A stretch of DNA of 32,000 nt from Calothrix sp. NIES-2100 (GTDB lineage: Bacteria; Cyanobacteriota; Cyanobacteriia; Cyanobacteriales; Nostocaceae): contig AP018178.1 in assembly GCA_002368195.1 (NCBI GenBank), positions 4,873,039-4,905,038 of the forward strand, written 5' to 3'. Each line of letters opens with the position of its first letter. Position 1 is the stretch's first letter. A model generated the notes under the pieces. The model was given only the letters and a program-made list of their open reading frames with translations, searched no databases and had not been told where the DNA came from. Positions 26,161-32,000 of this stretch are shown one piece after another. A program made the position numbers and the translations under genes.

Positions 26161-26422
26161 GCGATCGCTCCCTGAAAATTCTCTGTGATCTACTGTGCGA
26201 TCGCAAATCCTCAGCCTACATCAGTCTCATTTTACTGAATAAGCGCGATCGCTCCCTGAAAATTCTCTGTGATCTACTGTGCGATCGCAAATCCACACTC
26301 AACATCAGTCTCATTTTACTCAATAGGCGCGATCGCTCCCTGAAAATTCTCTGTGATCTACTGTGCGATCGCAAATCCACACTCAACATCAGTCTCATTT
26401 TACTCAATAGGCGCGATCGCTC
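26161..26422. repeat. 84-bp tandem repeat, 3 full copies plus a 10-nt start of a fourth; each unit is punctuated by HIP1 (GCGATCGC) sites
   Basis: Units start at 26161, 26245, 26329 and 26413. Copies 2 and 3 are identical by eye, and copy 1 differs in a ~9-nt patch. Confidence 0.95.
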
Positions 26423-26537
26423 TTGTTGAGATGGTAAAATCACAAGCGTAGACGCGCAGCGGCTTGTCGTCAGACATCGCCTCGGCAACAAAAAATCAGC
26501 TACGATCAATCATATAATTCTCTTCACAACCACAGTA

Positions 26538-26756
26538 ATGTTAATTACATACACTGCAAAATATACAAAAACTAATAGCGGATATATGGGACAACTCATT
26601 GAATGGCAAGAAGTGATCACAGAAGGAGAAACCATAGAAGAATGCAGAGCTATGTTGCAAGATGCAACGAAAGAAATGATTCTTGCCTATCGTCAACAAA
26701 ATAAAGAAATTCCCACAGGTGATGCTTTGCTGGAACAAATTCCTATAGAGGTTTGA
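26538..26756 (+). CDS. hicB: HicB-family antitoxin (UPF0150 fold)
   Basis: The 72-aa ORF reads YTAKYTKTNSGYMGQLIEWQEVITEGETIEECRAMLQDATKEMILAY, which is the HicB N-terminal-domain pattern. It is followed 2 nt later by a hicA-like reading frame. Confidence 0.8.
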   Translation: MLITYTAKYTKTNSGYMGQLIEWQEVITEGETIEECRAMLQDATKEMILAYRQQNKEIPTGDALLEQIPIEV

Positions 26757-26758
26757 GT

Positions 26759-26947
26759 GTGTCAGTCAAACGAAAAGAGCTAATTAAATATTTAGAAGCA
26801 AATGGCTTTTATTTATGAAGAGAAGGAGGAAATCATTCCATTTATACTAATGATATCAAAACTATTCCTGTAAAACGCCATCGTACCATCGATCGGATTA
26901 CGGCTAATGAGATTTGTAAACAAGCAGGTTTATTACCTAATTTTTAA
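26759..26947 (+). pseudogene. hicA: HicA-family toxin interrupted by an in-frame TGA (26816..26818)
   Basis: It is not in the ORF track. My translation from GTG 26759 is VSVKRKELIKYLEANGFYL*REGGNHSIYTNDIKTIPVKRHRTIDRITANEICKQAGLLPNF*. This is a full-length HicA pattern (…G-x-H…, …KQAGL) with one nonsense codon where Leu or Trp is expected. Confidence 0.8.
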
Positions 26948-26974
26948 CTGCTCTGTTGACGAAAATCTGCTGGC

Positions 26975-27030
26975 GCGATCGCACTTCCCACACATAACAG
27001 CAGTCTTATTTTACTTATATAGGCGATCGC
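26975..27030. repeat. Diverged solo copy of the second half of the 84-bp unit
   Basis: The sequence gcgatcgc-acttcccacacataacagcagtcttattttacttatatag-gcgatcgc aligns at roughly 80% with gcgatcgc-aaatccacactcaacatcagtctcattttactcaataggc-gcgatcgc from the array. It lies on the far side of hicBA. Confidence 0.7.
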
Positions 27031-27121
27031 CTGACTCGTAAAGTTTCCCTAGACAAATATAATGATTTAACGTGGCAGCGATATTGCTCCACAATTAATA
27101 TATGAATTCGCTACATTAAAC

Positions 27122-28291
27122 ATGCGCACAATTGCGGAAATTAATGAGAAAATCAGCTGCCAACGTGCGGTGGTGTTGACAGTTGAAGAAGTAAAAGCAC
27201 GAGTAGCCGAAGTTGGTGTGACAAAAGTTGCTCAGGAAGTTGATGTGATTACCACGGGCACTTTTGAACCGATGGAATCGAGTGGTGCAATTATTAATCT
27301 AGGCCATACAGATCCGCCGATCAAAATTCGCCGTTGTTGGTTAGATGGTGTTCCAGCATACCCTGGTTTTGGCGCAGTAGATTTATACCTTGGTGCTAGT
27401 TCTGCTGTGGAGGCGAACGATGGTGAAGAAGTGAGGGAACGGGGCGGCGGTCATGTGATAGAAGATTTAATCGCCGGGAAAGCTGTCCAAGTACGCGCCC
27501 AAGGACAAGTTACAGATTGTTACCCACGCGCCACCTTTGAAACTACTATCATGCGGGAAACGATAAATCAGTTTTATTTATTTAACCCGCGTAATCTGTA
27601 TCAAAATTTTATTGTAGGGGTAAATGGAGGCGATCGCCCATTGTTTACTTATCTTGGGCCTTTACAACCACGGTTAGGAAATGCTGTTTATTCTAATCCC
27701 GGTGCGATTTCGCCTTTATTCAACGACCCAGATTTACAACTTATTGGTATCGGAACGCGAATTTTTTTAGGCGGTGGTATTGGTTATGTCGCCTGGGAAG
27801 GTACTCAACACTTCCCCTTACAAAAACGGTTAGCCAATCATACGCCCATTGGGCCTGCTGCCACATTAGCTTTAATCGGTGATGCCAAGCAAATGGATGC
27901 TCGTTGGGTGAGGGGATGTTACTTCAAAAGCTATGGTCCTTCATTAATGTTGGGCGTAGGTGTTCCATTTCCGGTATTATCCGCCCAAGTAGTAGAACAT
28001 TGCGCAGTACAAGATAAAGATTTAGTCGCGCCCATTGTAGACTTTTCTATTCCCCGGCGCGTTCGTCCCACATTTGGTTTGGTGAGTTACGCCCAACTCA
28101 AGTCTGGGCGTGTCACCATTGAAGGTAGAACAGTGCGTGTTGCACCTCTAGCAAGTTTGTTTCTTTCTCGAAAAGTTGCCCTAGAGTTGAAACAGTGGAT
28201 CGAAGCTGGCAAATTTACCCTGACAGAAGCAGTTTCCCCAATTCCGATGGAGCGTTCTTTTCTACCTCAAGACCGCTGGACGGAATTTTGA
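27122..28291 (+). CDS. COG1900/DUF39 homocysteine-biosynthesis protein (aspartate-semialdehyde sulfurtransferase-like)
   Basis: The 389-aa ORF has the family's conserved stretches (VDVITTGTF.PM.SSGA..N…, GGGHVIEDL..GK, …FLGGGIGYV.WEGTQH…, …KSYGPSL..G.G.P.P.L…). Confidence 0.85.
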   Translation: MRTIAEINEKISCQRAVVLTVEEVKARVAEVGVTKVAQEVDVITTGTFEPMESSGAIINLGHTDPPIKIRRCWLDGVPAYPGFGAVDLYLGASSAVEANDGEEVRERGGGHVIEDLIAGKAVQVRAQGQVTDCYPRATFETTIMRETINQFYLFNPRNLYQNFIVGVNGGDRPLFTYLGPLQPRLGNAVYSNPGAISPLFNDPDLQLIGIGTRIFLGGGIGYVAWEGTQHFPLQKRLANHTPIGPAATLALIGDAKQMDARWVRGCYFKSYGPSLMLGVGVPFPVLSAQVVEHCAVQDKDLVAPIVDFSIPRRVRPTFGLVSYAQLKSGRVTIEGRTVRVAPLASLFLSRKVALELKQWIEAGKFTLTEAVSPIPMERSFLPQDRWTEF

Positions 28292-28304
28292 TATTGGGAG
28301 CTAG

Positions 28305-28385
28305 GGATGAGGGAAGGGGGACAAGGGGGACAAGGAGGACAAGGGGGACGAATGCCCCATGCCCAATGCCCCATGCCCCATCCCC
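28305..28385. repeat. STRR cluster (GGGGACAAG 9-mers; CCCCATG heptamers)
   Basis: The sequence reads gggggacaa gggggacaa ggaggacaa gggggac, then atgcccc atgccca atgcccc atgcccc, lying between convergent genes. Confidence 0.9.
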
Positions 28386-29410
28386 TATTCTTGGGTTGGT
28401 TTCGGACGCTTAATCGGCTTAGGAGCCGGCGTTTTTGGTACAGGTTTAGACACAGCTGAGGAATCGCCGCCTATTTTTTTGATTGGGCGTGGAGTTTCTG
28501 AACCGCGTCTGGGGGGGAATGGTCTTCTACCACCACCACCACCACCACCGCCACCACGGAAACCACCTTTGTTGAATGGTGGTCTGCGCTTTTTGGGTAA
28601 GTCAGCGATCGCTTCTGCACTTTCTATTAGTAATAGGTCAGCTTGTCGCTTAACTTGAAAATCCCAAAACTTGCCTACTGCTTTGGTAGTTAAAACACCC
28701 GTCAGTTTCAATTTAAAATATTTGGGTTTGTCAGTTGGTTTGCGCGGAGCCTGTTTGATTTTTACCACTAAGCTCTTGGCATCAAAAGACTGGTAGACTA
28801 CTTCACCACGAACGGAAAAACCACCATCAGGTATGTCTGATGAGGGTTTGAGGTTACTTGTAGATTCTTGGGAACTAGCAGATACAGTATCATCTAAGAT
28901 CTGTAATTCTTCTAATTCCGAATCTTCCTCATCCTCCTCTGTCAAATGTTTAGCCAGTTTTTCCGGCTCCCAAACTCCGACAATTTGGAGGTGCAATGTG
29001 TCATTTTCTTGTCTTGTCCGTGGATAAACTACCCACAGATGTTCTTGTTCTAAATCCAAATGATTCTTAACTAAACTCATAATCCGTCCTAGGAGAACGG
29101 CATTGAGTTCTACACCATCTGTGGTTAGCAGATCACCTTGAGTAAATTGTTCATCGCTGGCACGGTAACGACCTCGGACTAAGCCGATGGCGCGGTACTG
29201 CATGGGTTCACTAGGCGGCGGAATCGGTTGCTGCCGATTGGCTAGGTTCCCATTGGAGCTAGTGTCGCTGGGGTTAACAGTCGAATTGTCTAATTTAGAG
29301 TCATTGGTTGCTACTGTAGGAACACTAGCTGTTGTCTCTACTTGAGTTGGACTCTGGTCAGAGACAGAAGAATTGGAAGATTCAGGCGACGGCATCAGGT
29401 CGGAATTCAT
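28385..29410 (-). CDS. Hypothetical protein with an S/T/N-rich N-terminus, an acidic linker and a Gly8/Arg/Pro/Lys-rich basic tail
   Basis: ATG 29410 is preceded by AAGGAG 7 nt upstream, and the track's 29509 start adds 33 unlikely residues. The core contains QYRAIGLVRGRY…LWVVYPRT and a second beta-rich half. The tail reads FNKGGFRGGGGGGGGGRRPFPPRRG…KPIKRPKP. Confidence 0.75.
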   Translation of the reverse strand: MNSDLMPSPESSNSSVSDQSPTQVETTASVPTVATNDSKLDNSTVNPSDTSSNGNLANRQQPIPPPSEPMQYRAIGLVRGRYRASDEQFTQGDLLTTDGVELNAVLLGRIMSLVKNHLDLEQEHLWVVYPRTRQENDTLHLQIVGVWEPEKLAKHLTEEDEEDSELEELQILDDTVSASSQESTSNLKPSSDIPDGGFSVRGEVVYQSFDAKSLVVKIKQAPRKPTDKPKYFKLKLTGVLTTKAVGKFWDFQVKRQADLLLIESAEAIADLPKKRRPPFNKGGFRGGGGGGGGGRRPFPPRRGSETPRPIKKIGGDSSAVSKPVPKTPAPKPIKRPKPTQE

Positions 29411-29788
29411 AAAAAACTCCTTGCGGCGGAGACACATCCCATTGTGGGATTTTACGAAGGCAGCTGAAAAGAGCGTTTGTGCGGCTGATGAAAGTATATT
29501 TGCTTTCAACCAACCACTTTAGAACGCCCATTAGCATTCTAAAGACGCACTTCTACACTAAATGTGTAATTTAGCGTCTTTAGACTAGTTTCGGGAAGCA
29601 TATCATAGCTAGAATTCTGACGGCTCCTCCTAAAGTCATCACTTACTTTAGCAGCGTGGATAGTTATTTGTTATAAAATTCACAGGCAATCGACGGTATT
29701 CCGCAAAGTTTTGGAAATTTTTAACTTTCGGATTTACTCGGATTTATGTGGATGATAATGTCATTAAAGTTCAGGAGAAAGAAGTCTT

Positions 29789-30664
29789 GTGTCTCAACCG
29801 CGCAGCTGGATAGTTAAGGTCGTCTTGGCTTTGGCAGTTCTTACTTTTGTGGGAATTTCAATGGTTCCCTTAATTTCTGCATTTAATAATAATACACAAA
29901 CCCCAGCCCAGAATAACAACGCCAGCACTAAGGGTAATTCGCCTTCGCCTGACCAAAAATCAAAATTGCAAGACGAAGTTCGGGGTTATCAGTTGGTTTT
30001 GCAACGGGAACCAGAAAATCAGACTGCTCTTAAAGGGCTGCTACAGGCACGGTTAGAACTCTTAAGTATCAAAGAAGGTGATATTCAGGGAGTGATTGAA
30101 CCTTTAGAAAAGCTAGCCAAGCTGAATCCAGAACAGACAGAATATGCAGTACTACTGGCTCAAGCAAAGCAGCAAATTGGTGACAAAGAAGGCGCAGCCC
30201 AAGCTTACCGTACTGTTTTGACCACAAAACCAGGTGATTTGAAGGCTTTACAAGGTATGGTGTCTCTGTTGTTAAGCCAACAACGCCCCGAAGCAGCTAT
30301 TGGTTTATTGCAAGAGACTTTGACTGCTGCACCGCAAGTGAATAAAATCCAGCCGGGAAGTATAGATACAGTCGCCGTACAGGTACTTTTGGGTACAGTT
30401 CACGCTTCCCAAAAACGTTATACTCAAGCTCTCGCTGCATACGACCAAGCAACTAAGAAAGATCCCAAAGATTTTCGCCCAGTTTTAGCTAAGGCAATGC
30501 TATTGAAGCAACAAGGCAAAGTCGCGGAAGCTAAACCTTTGTTTAATACTGCTTCAGCTTTAGCACCTGCTCAGTACAAAGACGAAATTAATAAAGCCGC
30601 CGAGGCTTCGCCAACTCCTACTCCGCCTACATCCCCGACACCCACACCTGAAGGTAAAAAGTGA
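29789..30664 (+). CDS. Membrane-anchored TPR-repeat protein
   Basis: It has a GTG start and an N-terminal TM helix (IVKVVLALAVLTFVGISMVPLI). Several 34-aa TPR-like units follow, and the tail is Pro/Thr-rich (PTPTPPTSPTPTP). Confidence 0.8.
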   Translation: MSQPRSWIVKVVLALAVLTFVGISMVPLISAFNNNTQTPAQNNNASTKGNSPSPDQKSKLQDEVRGYQLVLQREPENQTALKGLLQARLELLSIKEGDIQGVIEPLEKLAKLNPEQTEYAVLLAQAKQQIGDKEGAAQAYRTVLTTKPGDLKALQGMVSLLLSQQRPEAAIGLLQETLTAAPQVNKIQPGSIDTVAVQVLLGTVHASQKRYTQALAAYDQATKKDPKDFRPVLAKAMLLKQQGKVAEAKPLFNTASALAPAQYKDEINKAAEASPTPTPPTSPTPTPEGKK

Positions 30665-30667
30665 AAA

Positions 30668-30785
30668 TAGGGGCTAGAGGCTAGGGGCTAGGGGCTAGGG
30701 GGGATGAGGAAGACAAAGCAGACAAGGAAAAATTCTTGACTGTTGACTGTTGACTGTTGACTGTTGCCCCATGCCCCATGCCCAA
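30668..30785. repeat. STRR cluster (GGGGCTA x4, TTGACTG x4, CCCCATG x2)
   Basis: The sequence reads ggggcta gaggcta ggggcta ggggcta gggg ... ttgactg ttgactg ttgactg ttgactg ttg ccccatg ccccatg ccc. Confidence 0.9.
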
Positions 30786-30787
30786 AA

Positions 30788-31405
30788 TTATGCTCCTTCA
30801 ATTGCTGCAACAACACCAAAGATTAAAAACAAGCATCCACCAATTAAAGTGAGTTGACGTTCGGAGATTCTGCCGGCAATTAATTTGCCACCAATGACTG
30901 CGATCGCAGCACAAATGGCGTGTCCTAAAACTGCACCCACACTCACCCCAATGGGGTTATTTCCGGCTGCTAGGGCAATTGTCGCAATTTGTGTGCGATC
31001 GCCCCACTCAGCCATAAATGTCAAAATAAAGGCTTCGGTTAAAATTGCCAGTGGTGTTTTGCGTAGTGGTAATTCTAAATCGGCTTGCTTTACCGCAGCT
31101 TTGGCTTCTTCTACTACTTCCTCGCTACTTGCACGGGACATCTTACTACCTTGATACAAAAGCTTGATACCAAAGGCAATAAATAAAGCGATTTCCGCAT
31201 AATGAATATAAACCTTGGGCAACAAAGATGCTGTTTGTCCTAACATCACCGAAAGGATTGTCATTGCCGCTAAAGCCGCTACCACTCCGGTAAATACCAA
31301 GCGTCGGGGGTGGTGCATTGCTAAAATCACGGCGATAAAAAATGTTTTATCACCTAACTCGGAAACTGTAATTAGTAACAAACCTGCGGTAAAAGCTGTT
31401 AGCAC
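30788..31405 (-). CDS. mnx: UPF0016 / GDT1 / TMEM165-family cation (Mn2+/Ca2+) transporter, Mnx/SynPAM71-like
   Basis: The 205-aa ORF has two copies of the family signature E-x-G-D-(K/R)-T (SELGDKTFF and AEWGDRTQI), each at the start of a 3-TM half. It has a GTG start with AGGAG 10 nt upstream. Confidence 0.9.
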   Translation of the reverse strand: MLTAFTAGLLLITVSELGDKTFFIAVILAMHHPRRLVFTGVVAALAAMTILSVMLGQTASLLPKVYIHYAEIALFIAFGIKLLYQGSKMSRASSEEVVEEAKAAVKQADLELPLRKTPLAILTEAFILTFMAEWGDRTQIATIALAAGNNPIGVSVGAVLGHAICAAIAVIGGKLIAGRISERQLTLIGGCLFLIFGVVAAIEGA

Positions 31406-31497
31406 TCTTTCAAGCTCCTAAAGAATCGTTAAACGATGTGAAGCTTGATGAAAGCCCTAAAACTTCACCAAGCTCCACACTTTTTGGTGTGAACTTA

Positions 31498-31616
31498 GTG
31501 AAGGTCTCGCTTGCAAATACAAATATTTTATACTTGTCATCTGAACCAGGCTCATCGCCAGTATGTTGATTCAGATGGGCTGGCGATTAATTACCAGCAG
31601 CTACTCCCCTTCTTTA
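31498..31616 (-). promoter_or_regulatory. yybP-ykoY (Mn2+) riboswitch aptamer in the mnx leader
   Basis: The minus-strand RNA is GAAGGGGAGUAGCUGCUGG…CCAGC CCAUCUGAA…UUCAGAUGACAAGUAUAAAAUAUUUGUAUUUGCAAGCGAGACCUUC. P1 is GAAGG/CCUUC. The conserved L1 is GGGGAGUAG, the conserved 3' element is UUUGCAAG-GAGACC, and the hairpin ACAAGUAU-AAA-AUAUUUGU sits in the position of the GACAUAC…GUAUG stem of characterised members. Confidence 0.8.
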
Positions 31617-31624
31617 CAATCTGA

Positions 31625-31653
31625 ATTGTATAGCTGTCTGAGGAATGAGTCAA
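31625..31653 (-). promoter_or_regulatory. Sigma70-type promoter for the riboswitch/mnx transcript
   Basis: The minus strand reads TTGACT (31653..31648), a 17-nt spacer, then TACAAT (31630..31625). This places a transcription start about 10 nt upstream of the P1 stem. Confidence 0.6.
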
Positions 31654-31703
31654 GACTGTAGGCGATCGCTCTGATAAGGTGAAGTGGTGAATGTGACTTT
31701 ACC

Positions 31704-31847
31704 CATAAGTTTGCCGCTGCTGGAACCATAACTTTGCCGCCACCAACGTTATAACCCTCATTCTTGCGTCAGCTAATTTTGGATGAAATTTAGAGTTTGG
31801 AACCATAAGTTTGCCGCTAGTCCTAATTGGAAGGATAAGCTTGCCGT
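31704..31847. repeat. Dispersed 14-nt motif CATAAGTTTGCCGC x4
   Basis: The copies are cataagtttgccgc at 31704..31717, cataactttgccgc at 31727..31740, cataagtttgccgc at 31804..31817 and gataagcttgccgt at 31834..31847. The related ttgtttgccgc sits inside the adjacent hairpin. Confidence 0.7.
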
Positions 31848-31871
31848 GAGTCCAATCAAGCATAGAAAGCT

Positions 31872-31922
31872 GTGACTTAAAGGAATTGTTTGCCGCAACG
31901 GCAAACAATTCCTTTAAGTCAC
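31872..31922. other. Perfect 24-bp inverted repeat with a 3-nt loop (51 nt)
   Basis: The sequence is gtgacttaaaggaattgtttgccg-caa-cggcaaacaattcctttaagtcac. It is followed at about 31927..31947 by ctgg-aaagcg-ccag plus T7. Confidence 0.9.
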
Positions 31923-32000
31923 AAAAGCTGGAAAGCGCCAGATTTTTTTAGAATGCAGCAGAAGCGGTTCATGTTGGTATAGGATAGAAACTTTCGGCTA

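Noticed and set aside
26161-26422. The 84-bp periodic array as a possible CRISPR locus
   Set aside because: The whole 84-bp unit repeats, and the would-be spacers are identical between copies. There are no unique spacers and no cas genes in the window.
25946-26509. ORFs 25946..26206 (-) and 26216..26509 (-)
   Set aside because: They translate the 21-bp and 84-bp tandem arrays into repeat peptides (EQEHSHL…, RSHSRSQRIFRERS… x3). They have no independent coding signal.
22455-26818. Two in-frame TGAs (in the NLR-like gene and in hicA) as evidence for TGA recoding or selenocysteine
   Set aside because: TGA is used as an ordinary terminator by hicB (26754..26756), the COG1900 gene, the Uma2 gene and the TPR gene in this same window. 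Downstream of 22457 there is only a 4-bp CCTG/CAGG stem and nothing SECIS-like. Independent nonsense mutations are the simpler explanation.
28359-28658. ORF 28359..28658 (+) with a poly-Pro run, and ORF 28195..28413 (+)
   Set aside because: The first is the antisense shadow of the Gly-rich tail of the minus-strand gene. The second reads through STRR units after the COG1900 stop.

Overview
This is a chromosomal segment from a filamentous, Nostocales-type cyanobacterium. The HIP1 octamer GCGATCGC is everywhere, heptamer or 9-mer STRR arrays sit at almost every gene boundary, and there are several MITE-like palindromic elements. Gene content, left to right: (1) kdpB (partial) and kdpA, separated by a 21-bp tandem-repeat array. 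(2) A Uma2-family endonuclease. (3) A histidine kinase plus LuxR-type response regulator pair. (4) A 1752-aa protein that fuses an OmpR-type regulator, an HPt domain, receivers, PAS/GAF sensors and a hybrid kinase, followed by an overlapping CheY-like gene. (5) A repeat-filled ~1 kb intergenic region. (6) A DUF3131-like protein, queF, three small conserved proteins and a visibly AT-rich islet carrying an orphan GNAT-like gene. (7) A 2H phosphoesterase and an RCK-pore-RCK channel. (8) An NLR-like module: a 152-aa helical ORF and an NB-ARC/TPR STAND NTPase in the same reading frame, separated by a single TGA. (9) Two tandem-repeat arrays (21 bp and 84 bp). (10) A hicB / nonsense-interrupted hicA pair. 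(11) A COG1900 homocysteine-biosynthesis gene, a Gly/Arg-tailed hypothetical protein and a membrane-anchored TPR protein. (12) A UPF0016 (Mnx/GDT1) transporter preceded by what reads as a yybP-ykoY Mn2+ riboswitch with its own promoter. The best candidate for an uncharacterised system is the split or recoded NLR-like locus at 21999..25913, together with its hyper-similar TPR array and flanking repeats. All calls come from reading the sequence and ORF translations by eye; no database search was run.
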